A stretch of 64,000 bases of DNA from positions 3,410,001 through 3,474,000 of the forward strand of contig CP158635.1 in the NCBI GenBank assembly GCA_050273025.1, read 5' to 3'. Every line of letters starts with the position of its first letter. The stretch's first letter is position 1. Below the pieces are notes generated by a model that made no database searches, was not told where the DNA came from, and saw only the letters and a program-made list of their open reading frames with translations. Origin of the DNA: Cenococcum geophilum (Eukaryota). Shown piece by piece: positions 26,101 through 39,315 of the stretch. Position numbers and translations under genes: made by a program.

Positions 26101-26627
26101 GTTGCCATCGCCTAGATCGTAAGGGAAGAAGGAGCTTTCTTCACCAACCTAGCGGGTAGATGCTCTCAAGAATAGCACCCACGTGAAGTTTATTGAGACT
26201 GAGCGGTCTTCATATTTAGACTTTTAGCCTTAGATTGACTACGATCTGGTCGCGGTAATCTAGCATTTTATCAGCTCATGGGGGAAGCTTTTGACACTCA
26301 GGCGCAGTTGGGGCGCAGTTCTTTCGGAGTTTTGGGCTTCTAAGTATTATGTGCGTGAAACTCAATGTCAGTGAAGTGCAAGCAGGCATTTTCTCTTGTT
26401 TAACAGAAGAGTTAGTAATCAAACATGACTTTCTGACAGTGATTTCATTATATTATGCCAAAACACAGTTAGTTCAGAAGACTGGGTCACTATCTCTGAA
26501 GAAGGAATTGTAGGAACCTATAACACATCATTTAGACCATAATCGAACCTCAGTAAACTCAGGTCCCCAATGAGCTCTGATCCCCCTTGGAAAAAAGACC
26601 GTAAGGCAATTTGGGCATATTAGCTAT

Positions 26628-26880
26628 TGTAGCCGACTACCGGTACCAAAGCGTGCACCACCTTATGACTCACCACCCTATTTCTTGACATCATATGTCT
26701 CACTACTTATTTCCATTACCTATTTCCATTACCTATTACCGACTGAGTGACGTTGTCTACAGTGGCAATTATGGATCATCGTCGTCATCTTCTTACTGCC
26801 TACCTCGTGTATATATAGACTTTAGAGCTATATTTACAATTAAGTTGCTCGTTTAATTCCCATACACTGCAAAGTTTACA
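26628..26880. mobile_element. Candidate solo LTR (253 bp), little RIP
   Basis: TGTA...TACA ends; flanks GCTAT / GTTAT (5-bp TSD with one transition); internal TATATATA. Confidence 0.55.
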
Positions 26881-27019
26881 GTTATGGACAAGTGACTTCT
26901 GCAATTGCTCTTGGCCCATCCAACCTCATTAAGGCATCACCCTTGGCTAACTCTACGGCATATTATACCCTAGAGCTAATATATATAGTACAGCCAGAAG
27001 GCCTACGTAACCTAGGGGG

Positions 27020-29424
27020 CAGGGTGGTAAAAAATAAGCGAATAAGGAACAAATAAATAATGCGTTATCTTATCTGATTTTATTTTATTTATTAGTTCCA
27101 ATAAATAGAGCCTCCCGGATCGGAAAAAAACCCCCCAGTAGAATTACACCCCTAAACCTTTCCTATTCCTCTTTAGAAACCTCTTCCTTTAAGACCCTAG
27201 TCTTATTCTAGCTCTTTAAGCATTCCGTTTACTTAACGCTTTTTATTCTAAGATTTATTCTCTCCTATAATATTATATAACGCCTTCCTAAAAAGACTTT
27301 TTCTGGTTTATCGCTTATTACTAGAATTAATAGAATTTTAATTGCAAACTTTAAAAGCCGCGGTTAGCGCTTTTATTGCTATACCTACATCTACCATTTA
27401 AGTAGAGAAACTCCTATATCGTACGGTGCTTTAGCACAGTAACTCTTATACTTATCCTGGCTTGCTAGTTAAGTAATCTTCTTATTAAACTTATTAAGAT
27501 TTTCCTTAGACTTAGTTATAGACTCTTACTTATATAATAAAGGAATAGAAGAGTTCTTATCTTAGTACCTCGTCTAGAGCTCCTTTACCCTTAACAGTGC
27601 AGCTTTTTACCACTTCTTCTTCTAAACTTTTCTAGTATATACCATACGGCGAAATAGGTGGAGAATAAGTGCTGCAGCATATAAAGGTAAATTATTAGTT
27701 TACTAATAATACTCGTTAAACTTAGCCCAGTAATGCTAAATTTAAGTTTTAAAAACTTTATTACCTAACCTATACTGCTGCTGTTATACAGTATTAGTTT
27801 TAATTAAAAAAAAAAAGGGAAGAAGACAACGTATAAGAGATAAAATTATATACTTAATTAGTATATCTATTATATAAAGCACGCGGTTAAGTATTACTTT
27901 ATCTCCTTACGTTTCTAAAGTTGCTTAGTAAAAAAGGTAGAGAAAATTCTTTATCGTATAAAGGAGTTGCCAGTCTTATAGAGTAAGAGAGTCCTTTTTA
28001 AGTGTATTTAAGTTTACGTCCATATACGCATTAACCTCCGTCTTCTTATTAATCGCAATAGTTAATATCTAATACCAGCTATTCCATCTTATATAATTAT
28101 TAAGTAGAATCCTTTGTCCTATAAGATTTACGAACTACTTTATATAACTAGCTAAGGAGCGGGTATATATAACTATATTATAAAGCTTCCCAAGGACGCC
28201 TATTCCCTAAAACAGCTCCTTCTTCTTCTTCTTCTCCTTTTTACTTAGCTCTTTTCTATTTTCTTCTTAATCTTTATATAACTTAATTTACTAAATATTA
28301 ATTACACTATAAAAGAGAAAAGCCTAAATAGTAAGATTAATAATATAACCCAGATAATGGACCTACTAGTACGTAGGATTCTATCTAACGTCCTCTTTCT
28401 TTAGAAGATATTAACTTATTATATAATAGAGCGTATTATTTATACCAGAGTTATTGGTAATAAGAGCTCCAATTTTTCGCGTAATCTCGTATTCCTATAG
28501 TACTAGAAGTGCTACGTCCTATTAATCTTCTCCGCTATAACTTAAAACCGTATAAAGACTAAGAAGAGCCTTTTATAGCCTCTTTTTACTATTAATAAAG
28601 TAAGCGCAGACTATAAGAAGGAGGTAGTTATTTAGAGAGGTCTAGATATTAATAAAGAGATAAATTCTTATTAACGCAGACTAGAGTTTCTTTTATATAA
28701 TATCTATTTTTAATTAGAATAAATTATTAATTATTCTTGTAATAACCGTATAACTTAAAGTAATAACGCTCCCTAAATGTGGGTTAAGAGCCTTAGAAAA
28801 AATATAGAATTCTCTCTACTTAACAGCCTAAAAAGGAAGATTTTGTACAATAATTAAGTCTATAAGGGCCTTGTTAATAACTTCCTTATTAAAAACCTTC
28901 TTAAGTACGTGGGAATTAATATTGTCTATCCCCGTTTAAGCTAATACTTTATTATATAGTTCCTATAGCTTCGTATTTACTATTACTTTTATATAACTTT
29001 CCTATGGAATATTAATAATTCTATAACTCGACTTTAAGTAATAACGTATATTAGTAGTTAACGTTCTAGCGTATGAGCATTATAGACAGTAGATAAGTAA
29101 GCTACCCTTTTTATTATGTGTTGCTTCTCTAGCGTACGGTTCGTGGGTATACTTATAGATTGGCGCTGTTTTCCTACCACGGTCAGTAGTTTTAGTATTA
29201 ATTAAGCTAACGGTGCTTATAATAAGAGAAGAGTCTACTTCTAAAACCATTACTTATATAATACCTAATTTAGAATAGAGAATTATAGTATAGTTATCCT
29301 AGGGTTAGAGATTTTGGTAGGAGACGCTAAGAGATTATTTAAATTAAGTGAATAAATAAGATAATAATAAATAACGATTATTTATCGGATCTTATCTAAT
29401 AAGATTTTATTTTTAACCACCCTA
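27020..29424 (-). mobile_element. hAT-superfamily DNA transposon (second family), RIP-inactivated
   Basis: TIR CAGGGTGGTAAAAAATAA / TTATTTTTAACCACCCTA; perfect 8-bp TSD CTAGGGGG (27012-27019 / 29425-29432); minus-strand RWNS (~28079-28090) and hATC-like W..PRL.KFAI.IL.I...SD.PEKSF (~27290-27400). Confidence 0.93.
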
Positions 29425-30754
29425 CTAGGGGGGTCGTAGTAGATTTAAAGGATAGTCGCTATATAGAAAATCGCGATACTATAATAAACCTAATAGGAGG
29501 CGACCTAATTATAATAACTAAAGGATGTCGGCTAGAGATAGTAGATACTTATAAACTATCACGGAGTAAGTATAAGCGACGATAATATATAGCAGAGTAG
29601 ATATTATTAAGCTATGTATATAAACTGTGTAATAAGATTAAGACGTTATATAAGAAAAGAAGGTAGGAAAATAGGAAGAAAGGGTACATATTATAGACTT
29701 AGTTGCTTAGTTAATACGTATATAAAGTAGAATAGGATTTAGATAGTAGTCCTGGCAGAACTTAGCAGGATTTAGTAAAACTTAGTAGAACTTAATGGAA
29801 TATAGCAGAATGCGACAGATTACCATTAGATTGCCGTAGATTACTATTAGGTTACTATCTTATAGTTAGTCTCTAGTTACTAAGTTAGTAGAAATAGGTA
29901 GATATATATAAGGTATTATAGGGGTATCCTATAATAGTACTCCTCTTTAAACTTAAGCTCCTATAAGATAGGGCTATAGTAGTTTTAGGTAGAGTTTATA
30001 AAAGTCTTATAGAGTTAACGGGTTCCTATAAGGACTTAGTAAAGCCTCTCTATTTTATAAGATATATATATTAGCGTTTCCGTTTATTATACTTAATATT
30101 ATTAATTCTTTTAATAAAGTACTTATTTTTACTATCTACTTTAACTAATAGGAGATGGTCTTATATTTATTTAGGTAAGGCGTCTAATATAGGGGTAGTA
30201 GGGTAGAGGACTAATATATAAAATATAGTGTGGGTTTTAACTATATTAGGGAGCTTTAGTTAGTAGGTGTAAAAGGAAATAACCTTCTTAACCTTATAAG
30301 GGCTAGTATTCTTTTAATTAAGTTTCTTAGTAAGTTATTTTATATTTAGATTTCTTATATTTAGCTAAATAAAGTTACTAATTTAGTAGGCTAGTGCTAG
30401 GGTTCGTTTTTTATTTACTATGGCTTAATAAATAGATTAGGCCTATATTATTTTATTAGTAAAAAACTATTATAGTTCCTCTATCTTCTTTATAAATTTA
30501 TTTGCTTTTATAACTTATAAAGCGTAATAAGTGGGGTAAGGAATATTACTAAGGGGTTTAAAACCTATTTATAGATGCTAGCCATAATTAGCTAAAAACG
30601 GGAAGGCCTTTATAGTTTCTGAGACAGAATTATTTATAGTAAACTTAGTAAATATAAGCTAGTTAATCTAGTTATCTTATAAATATAACGTGTATATCCG
30701 GATATACTATTCTATTATAGCGTTTATATATTCCATTTAACTATCTATTTCTAG

Positions 30755-32237
30755 CCATTGCGAAGGCATATAAATTAACGCCAACAGCAGTACTGGAGTA
30801 CGAAATGGGGTTTCCGCCACTTCAGATGCACCTTAAAGAGCTAGCTATAGCCTACGCGGAGAGGACACGGGAAGGACCGGCAAGAGAGCATATTAAGAGG
30901 GAGTGCAACAACATACGGGCCACAATAGCCCACTAACTCCGGCCTAGAATAAAGCTACCAATGCGGCCCACTAGATGGGATAAGCTTAAGAGGATAGCGG
31001 CCGCTATCTTAGGGACAGATATACGGCTAATGGACTTATCTAAAGCACAGTATAAGAGAAGTAGAAGGGCTAGGGTATAAGAGGCATTCGAGGAGCGGTG
31101 GAAAAGGGAATAGGAAAAGTATTAGAGCACGCTTACCTACTATACGACGGCCTAGGCCGAGCCATAGAACAAGGAAGTCTTTAAACGCCACGCGAGGCTT
31201 ATAAAGGTAGAGAGTATAATTAATACGCTACTTAGAACTAAGTATATAGGGCTTAACAGATACCTCTACTACTAAAAAGTACTAGGGCACCCAACCCCGG
31301 CCTGCCTATACGGCTATAGCCAACAATTAATAATATATATAGTGGTATTCTACCCTAGACATGCTACTAGCCGGGCGGAAATATATTACTATACTAGAAT
31401 ATCCTTATATAAAGAGCTCCTAACTAAGCTAAAGGCTACTAAGGTAGTTATAGACTGGTTTATATAGACAAACCTCTTACTATACCTTTTATTTGCTAGA
31501 GAGCTAGCTAGGGTAAAAAGAGGAGGCTAGAAAGTGCTTTAAGAGGCGGAGGATAAATACTGTAGGGATAGTAGAATATAGTAGAATTTTGCAGATAGTA
31601 ACCTAGTAGAAGTTAGCAGAACTCTAGCAACCTAGTAGAATTTGGCAGAACTTATTAACCTAGCAGAATTTGGCAGAATTTAGTAACCTAATAGAAGTTA
31701 GTAGAATTTTAACAACCTAATAGAATTTAGCAGAGTTTTAGCAACCTAATAAAATTTAGTAGAATTTCGGCAACTTAGCAGAATCTAATAACCTAATAGA
31801 AGTTGGCAGAACTTTGGCAACCTAGTAGAATTTAATAGAATTTAACAGAATTTAGTAACCTAGCAGAATTTGGCAGAGGTTAATATCCTAATAAAACTTA
31901 ATAAAACTTAGTAAGGTATAGAGCTACGTACGTTAACGCAGATATAAATGACGGAACCTTTTACACTACTACTAGCCTTATAGGCTACTAGCCTACGCCT
32001 TACTTAGACAACTAAAGCAGCCAGGAATAGAACCTAGGCCTTAGCTATACACCCCACCGGATAAACCTAGGAGTACGCATTAAGATAGCTTTTCTATAGC
32101 GCCTTAAAGAGACATCTACTTGTGCTTGGCAGTTACTAATTAGAAGAGAGGCTATATAGGCCGCATAATAAGCCATATAGGCCGTATAACAAGAGAAGGA
32201 GAGGTTTCATCCGGCCCTAGCGGTACGGTTCCCCTCT

Positions 32238-32268
<31 letters not shown>

Positions 32269-32334
32269 ATATAGACCCGCTATATAGACCCTAACGGGAG
32301 CCGCAATAGCGTAATTAAATATTGTAATATAATA
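30755..32334 (+). mobile_element. 5'-truncated Tad1-like LINE (3' part of ORF2 with CCHC finger, 3' UTR, tail)
   Basis: 13-bp TSD TATCTATTTCTAG (30742-30754 / 32335-32347); RIP-reverted CPCG...S..H...FCP at ~31303-31357; AT-rich tail. Confidence 0.85.
31572..31915. repeat. Tandem array of ~28-bp units (AACCTAGCAGAATTTGGCAGAATTTAGC) built from ~10-bp GGCAGAA subunits
   Basis: Directly visible; units diversified mostly by transitions. Confidence 0.9.
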
Positions 32335-34601
32335 TATCTATTTCTAGGTAATATATAGTAAATAGTAGTGCTTTAATATAAAGTTAGGTAGTTAGTTTTT
32401 TCTAAAATATAGAGATAAACTAGCTACCTCTATTAGAGATAATTATTTTAAGGAGTCTATAGAGTTTCTATACATAATCTAGAAATGGTTAGGCAATAAT
32501 AGGCATTAATATATTAGGGTAAGCAATTAAGTACCTTATCTTAGATAGTTAGTCTATAACTACTATAATATTTATATAGCCTTTACTTATAGAGAGGTTA
32601 ATAATAAAGTTAATTAAGATGTCTTTCTATCTTTAGTCTAGAATAGGTAGTAGCTTTAGGAGGCCGTTATATATCTTATATAAAGCTTTAGCTTATTAGC
32701 AAATATAGCAGCTAGAGATATACCTTCGTATTATATTATATATATTTAGCTAATAATACTCCTATTAGAGTAGCTCTAGGGTTTTTCCTTAGCCTAGGTA
32801 GCTGGCGGTAGGTAGGTTATATATATATTTAAGGAGCTTAAGCTAAAGTTCGTTATGGTTAGAGATAACTAGGTAGTTCTAATAATATAAGCGGTTTCCA
32901 TAGGCTTCGTATTTACTTAAAGAAATCCCTTTAAAGCGTCTAACGCTATCTTAAATTAGCTTAAGCGTCTCTTAGATAAACTCGTTAATTAAATATTCGT
33001 TAATTATAATCTATTTAATTAATTAATTAGTTATTTTAAGGACGTACACTATAAGGTCTTTAGTAAAAGGATTAAATAGTTTAGGGCGGAGTAGGGTTTA
33101 ATTTTAGTAAGAGCGCGCTTTTTTTAGTGCTAGCGCATCTTACAAGCGTTAGGTTAAGGTATTAGGCTTTTAACCTTAAACGCCTAGGCGGTATATAATT
33201 AAGAATTAGAAATAAGATAAGTATTCTAATTAGCTGGCCTAACAGTAGCTTAGTTGTTTTATAGTTATAAAGTACTCTAAATTCTCATAGTTGCTAAGGA
33301 CCTTAATTATAAATCTAGCGCCTTCTAGTTTAGGTTACTATTATTTAAAATATTTAATAACAGCTAGCAATTCTTTATTATAAATCTTATAGTTATATTT
33401 AGCTAGGCTTAGTTATTTTAAGAAGTATACTAGAGAATATAATACTCTATCCTTATTATATTAAGATAGAATGCTTCTAGTAACATAGTTAGATAAATTA
33501 GCTTTTATAATACTTATTCGGTTTAGGTTAAAGTATTAGAGTATAGGCGCAGTAGTAAATATAACCTTTAGATAAGTAAAGGCCTTCTTATATTCCTTAT
33601 TAAAGATAAAGGCTTTATCCTTTTAGGTTAAAGCTATAAGGGGTAAAACTAGGGTAGAGAAGTTATTAATAAACTATTAGTAGAAATTGGTAAATCTTAT
33701 AAAGGCTTTTATATCCTTAACGTTTTTAGGTTCTTACTAATTTATAATTACTTTAACTTTCTTTAGGTCTATTTATATGCCGTTTATAGAAATAAGAAGC
33801 CTAAGGTATAGGACTTCTATTTTATAGAATTTGTATTTATCTATATCTAATTATAGACTAGCTCCTTATAGGGCTTATAAAATAAAATAAACGTATTTCT
33901 AGTATTTGGTTAGGTTATTACTATATATTAGGATATCATTAATATAAGCAGTATAGAAGATATCCAGGTAAGGACATAAGGTATTATTTACGTAATATTA
34001 AAATAAGCTTAGAGCGTTTATAAGGCTAAAGGGTATTACTAAGTACTTAAATAATCTATATTAGGTATAAAAAGTAGTAAGCTATTTATCTCCTTTTATA
34101 ATATAGAGGCGGTTAAATATGGAGATAATATTAAGCTTTATATATAAGCGAGCCTTACTTAATTAGTTTAGCGTCTCTTATATTAGTGGGTTTAAATATT
34201 AGTTCTTAATAGTAACGGTATTAAAAGCTTAGTAGTCTACGCAGAAGTGCAAACTGCCACTAGGTTTCTTAATAAATATTAATAATACGGCTATAGGCAA
34301 AGAGCTTACTCTAATAAATTCTTTACTTAGGTTATTATCTAAATACTTTTATAGCACTTAGAGTTTATTTTAGAATATCCTATATAGGGGTTTAAATCTA
34401 GGCTGCTTTCCTTTTTTAAGTACGATTTTATAGTCGTATAATTAGTATTTTAGTAGCTTATCGGCTTCCTTTTATAAGAATACTTTTAGACAATTATAGT
34501 ATTTTACTAGTACCTTTATAGTAGGGTTAGTGTACTTCTTTAGTATTAAGGCTTTCTTAATATCGGCTATTATAACGGCGAAGATTGTAGATTTAGGGTT
34601 C

Positions 34602-34857
34602 TGTAAGGGTTATTTTGGCCCTTACTCGGCTGCATCGCCTAGGGGCTCTTAGGGGTCGCCAAGGCTAGCCTTCGGCTAGCCCTTGGCACCTCCTTATAAG
34701 CACCTCGGGCTTACAGCCCTTCCCTCCTCATTGGTTCGTCTCTGTACTAGGCTATTGCCTACCCTTATTACCATATCGTCTTCTTCTATCAACTCTCCTT
34801 ATGACTTATGCTCGGCTTACCTACTCCCTACTATACACCCTGGAAATGTGCCTTACA
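34602..34857. mobile_element. Solo LTR (256 bp) inserted in Gypsy-B pol
   Basis: TGTAAGG...CCTTACA termini; perfect TSD GGTTC (34597-34601 / 34858-34862); GC-richer than its host; hairpin GCCAAGGCTAGCC-TTC-GGCTAGCCCTTGGC upstream of TATAAG. Confidence 0.9.
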
Positions 34858-37800
34858 GGTTCTTAGCAAATTATGCTAATGAAGTAGCTCTAATTATATA
34901 GATATCTAGGGTGCTAAGCTTGCTTAGATTGTCTATAGTTTCTTATTTAGGTTTAGGTTTAGTATTAGGTACGGAGTTAGTGTTAGATTTAGGTTTAGGT
35001 TCTTTAAGAATCCTTTTTATAGTAGAATACTAGTCCTTCTAATATTTTTATATATTAAGCTTAAGCTTCTACTTAGCTTAGGGCGGTGTAATAGTCGGAA
35101 TTAGTTTATAGGGTTTAGTGGAATTTTTAAATCCTTAATAGATATTAGTAGAGGTCTTATATTAGTAGAATTCGGTAAAATTCCTAGGCTAGTAAAATTA
35201 GGTGGACTTCTTAGGTATAGGGTAGATTTTAGTAGATTTTTTAGATTTCAGTTTTAGGTCTAAGTAGTAAGTTATAAGGCACCTCTACTTATAGTAAAAG
35301 GCGGTAAATAGAAGTTTAAGGTTGTTTTAATTAATAGTTACCTTATATAGCTTTATTTAGGGTTATTTAAAAATTATTAAGTAACTTAGAGTAGTAACAA
35401 AAAGTTTAATTAATTCTTTATAGTTTAGGTATTAGAGTTTTAGGAATACTACGTGGGTAATATAACCTAAAATAGTGCGTTTGCTATTAAATATAAATAT
35501 ATTAATATGCTGGTTAAAGGGTGTTAGGGTAAAACTATTATTTTATATAAAGATCTTATTAATAAATTCTATACTACTAGCTTCTATATTAATTAAGACT
35601 TAAGTATTAACCTATTAATTATTCTGCTAGAGACGGCAGTTAATAGTTATGCTATAATCCTAAAAGTTAGAGTTTGTAATATTTAAAGCGTTTAACGAGA
35701 TCCTAAGGCAGAGCCGTTTTAGAGAGTAACTTAGCTCTAAGATCTTCCTTTTAGAGGCAATTAGGGCGGGGTTTTTATAGCGTATTAGTTATAACTTTAT
35801 CCTTATAAGTAGTACTTATTAGGTATAGGGCTAGAACTAGATAAAAAGGCTATAAGTAATAACTTAAAGTTAGGCGCGGTAGGTAGTTACTAAAATTAGC
35901 CATTTATAAATTGTTTTAGGGTATAGGTAAAGGGATAAAATAGTTTCTTAAGATATAGTCTTTACTTTTATATTTAAAGCAAAAACCTAGCTTAATGCGT
36001 TATTCTTATTTAAAAGACCTTAGTAGAGTATACTCTAGTATTCTAGTATTAATGTCTATAGCGTCTAGGTCTTTATAAGTCTTAGGCGGCTAGGGGGTAA
36101 AGTATTAGGGTATATATTTTAAGATAAGGCGTAGTATATCATTATATAGGCCGTTAATAATATTAGCGTAGGTAGTAAGGATATCTGTAAGCTTAACTCC
36201 TATAAGGGAGGCCTTTAGTCTAGAGTTTAAGGATTTTACTAGGCGATTAATTAAGGCGGGTTCGTTCTATCTAGTCTTTTTAGCGTAGCGGTGGAATTTA
36301 GTAAAGTATAATAAAAAGCTCTTAGAGCTTTATGTTATCTTATTTAGTTTTCTTTATATTATAGTAATTTAGTTAGGGTCGCTATAAGATGCTTTTAGTA
36401 TAGTAACTAGTTTTTCTATAGTGCTCGGCTAAAATAGGTATATAGTTTCTGCGGCATCTTCTATTAAACAACTTATAGCGTAATATAGTTAGCTATTAGG
36501 GGTAAGGTAGCGATTAATATTGCCGTTTAGCTTATTCTTAAGTTAGTTAAAAAAAGTATAGTTTACTCCTTTTACCTAAATAGGCGGGAGGATTAGAGAG
36601 ATATTTAGTTAACTTTTTTCATAGGGGTCCTAGTCGGCGAATTTAGGGTTAAGGAGTCAGTTTTAGATACGTTCTCTTTACTTAGTGTTTATAGGTTAAT
36701 ACTAGTAGGGGCAAGTAGGGGTAACGGTATAGCAGATAGTAGGTTCTAGCAGATCTCTTTAATTTCTTTTTTTTTTAGAGATTTAATTAACTTATAATAT
36801 CGGGCTTCTTAAAGCCTATTATAGAGTCTCTATTTATTTAGTAAATATACTATATAGATCTTTTATAAATATAGGGGCTTCTAGGTTGTTCTATATGCTA
36901 GTTAAGGCGGTATAGGGTATAGGTTTAACGTTATATAGTATTACGAAGTAAGTATAAGCGATAATAATATATAGTAGAGTAGATATTATTAAGCTATATA
37001 TATAAACCATATAATAAGATTAAGATATTACGTAAGAAAAGAAGGTAGGAAAATAGGAAGAAAGGGTATATATTATAGACTTAGTTACTTAGTTAATACG
37101 TATACGGAGTAGAATAGGATTTAGGTATTAGTCCTAGTAAAACTTAGTAGAGCTTAGTAGAATATAGCAGAATGCGGTAGATTGCCGTCAGATTGCCGTA
37201 GATTGCTATTAGGTTACCGTCTTATGGTCGGTCTCTAGTTACTAAGTTAGTGGAAATAGATAAATGTATATAAGGTATTATGGGGGTGTCTCGTAATATA
37301 GACCTCCTAAAAGATATTAAGGAAGATTTAGGAAAGGAGGAAGACAAATACCTATATATAGAGGTAGTGTATATAGTATAATAAGTAAGCTAAATCGCCT
37401 AAAAGCTTTAGATAAAGTATAATAGGAACTAAAACGCAGTAGATAATAGACTTAGTTATATTAAAGATACTATAAAATATAAGGAATACTAACAATATAT
37501 ATACTAAAACTATTATAGGTTAATATTACGGCTAGCGCCTAATTAGTATCCCCCTAGTATATACTTAGCGTAGTACTAGTTAGGACTATAGTTAAGGTTT
37601 AAATACTAAAGATAGTAGGTATAGAGCCAGAATAGATCCTTATATTAATTAAAGCATATATGCTAAAGGTAGTAGTAGTAAAGGTCCTATATAGCAGTAA
37701 TATAAAGTTATACTCTCTAACTAATAGGTAGAGGACTAGGCTATTATTTAGAGAGAAACTCCTAAGTATAAGATCCTCTGCTAAAACTACCTAGTCTAAG

Positions 37801-38144
37801 TAATTAAAGTACCCCTTAATATATAAGTAGAAAGTAGGGAAGGCGCTATAAATATATAGCTTATCTAGAAGATTATAAAGGTTATTAAAAAAAAACTAGA
37901 GTTATATAGCTTTATAAGAAATATATAATATATATAGAAGAATTACTAGAGCTCTAAAGGGTTAAAATACACGGCACCCTAATAATTAGCTTACTTATTA
38001 TAGGGTACCGTTATATAGGGACGTAGGTATATAGTAGTGTAAGGACTCTATAAGGTGGAGTAGTTATAAAGGATAAGAGTATGTAACAAATAATAATTAG
38101 ATAATCTTAGGAGGCTTATATAGATACCCTAGCCACCTCCTACT

Positions 38145-38430
38145 AATAGATACTCCTATAATATCTTATATGCGTCTACCTATTTCTACTAACTTAGTAA
38201 TTAAAGACTAATAATAAGACTATAATCTACCGTCCTCTACCGCAATCTACTATTTCCACTAAGTTCTACTAAGTTTTATTAAGACTGCTACCTAAATCCT
38301 ATTCTGCCCTCTCTATATAGTATAATATCTATTAACCTAGTAATTAAGTAAATAATATATATCCCTTTCTCCTATTTCTACTTTCCCTTCTTATATAATG
38401 TCTTAACTCTATTATATAGCTTATATATTA
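38145..38430 (+). repeat. Diverged, truncated LTR related to Gypsy-B LTRs (opposite orientation)
   Basis: Aligns by eye to the reverse complement of 29557-29936 (CCTATTTCTACTAACTTAGTAA; CTAAATCCTATTCT; CCCTTTC..CCTATTT). Confidence 0.7.
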
Positions 38431-38960
38431 TTAGGATAGTAAGTTCCTACTAAAAGCCTATTAAAGCGATTAAAATAATTAGGAAAATTAAAATCCTACT
38501 AGGACCACTAGGAGGCCTTTAGAAGGCCTTTAGGGTCTTAATACCTTATAAATACTAATATATTATTAGTATAAAGAGAATTAAGGTTAAAGTAATTTGT
38601 AACTAGAAGCCCCCTTATATAGTAAAAGAAATCTAGTTTTTTCTTAGTTTTTATAACTTCTACTATTATCTTATTCGTAACTATAAAGTTATAGTAAAGC
38701 CTTCTATACGATTTACCTAAAATTATATATATTTTATTTTTAATAATAACTATATAAAAGGGGTTAAGAAGTTAAAAAACGGCTTATCTTCTTCCTTTTC
38801 TCCACTACTATGACCTAAACCTTAAATTAGTACTAGAGACCAATACCTCTAACAGAGTTATAGTGGGAATCCTCTTATAGCTATACCTAGATAGTAAATA
38901 GTACTCTATTACCTTTATTATTTATTTATTTTAAAAATCGGCCTAATTAAGTATAACTAT

Positions 38961-39123
38961 CCCTTCCCCTAGCAGCGTTTTACGAAAATTGGACTATATG
39001 CAGAATACTAAAACACTAAAATTATAAGTACGTATTTTTTTTAATATCACAGAGCTTAATTCGATTGCTTCTATTAGCGAGCTCTTATCGATAACCATAG
39101 GGCACATTTTACTGGGCGAAGGG
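38961..39123. mobile_element. MITE with CCC...GGG termini and 2-bp (AT) TSD, possibly CMC/CACTA-derived
   Basis: TIR CCCTTCCCCTAG vs CCCTTCGCCCAG; removing it plus one AT restores the Gypsy RNase H frame (NY-E-VH-DKE-like). Confidence 0.75.
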
Positions 39124-39315
39124 ATAAGGTATATAATAATAAAAATACTAGCGATTATATAACCGTTATCTTAATAGCGAATTAAGCTTAAAAGTGTAAA
39201 ATTTTAAATTAAAATCTATACTAATTATAAGGCCCTAAAGTATTTTGTAATAATAAAATAACTTACTAAATAATAGGCCTAGTAGGCTAAAGTACTCTCT
39301 TAGTTCTTCTTTACG

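Larger units (their letters stand above)
29557..37298 (-). mobile_element. Ty3/Gypsy chromovirus, family B (full-length, RIP-inactivated; contains a LINE fragment and a solo LTR)
   Basis: LTRs 29557-29936 and 36939-37298; TSD TAAAC / TAGAC; PPT next to the left LTR. Minus-strand CF.C...H...NC knuckle (~35960), PR (~35590), RT (~34300-33700), IN HPETDGQ-like (~30740), chromodomain YL.KWRGF..SWEP (~30020-30070). Confidence 0.93.
26961..38097 (+). mobile_element. Highly degenerate 5'-truncated LINE remnant hosting hAT-2 and Gypsy-B
   Basis: Rejoined pieces (26961-27019, 29433-29556, 37304-38097) resemble the ORF2 C-terminal part of the other LINEs (GLR.LG..VD..K; KGLK..A) and end in GGAGTAGT plus an AAT-type tail; boundaries uncertain. 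Confidence 0.4.

Noticed and set aside
31572..31915. CRISPR-like array
   Set aside because: No unique spacers; eukaryotic tandem repeat
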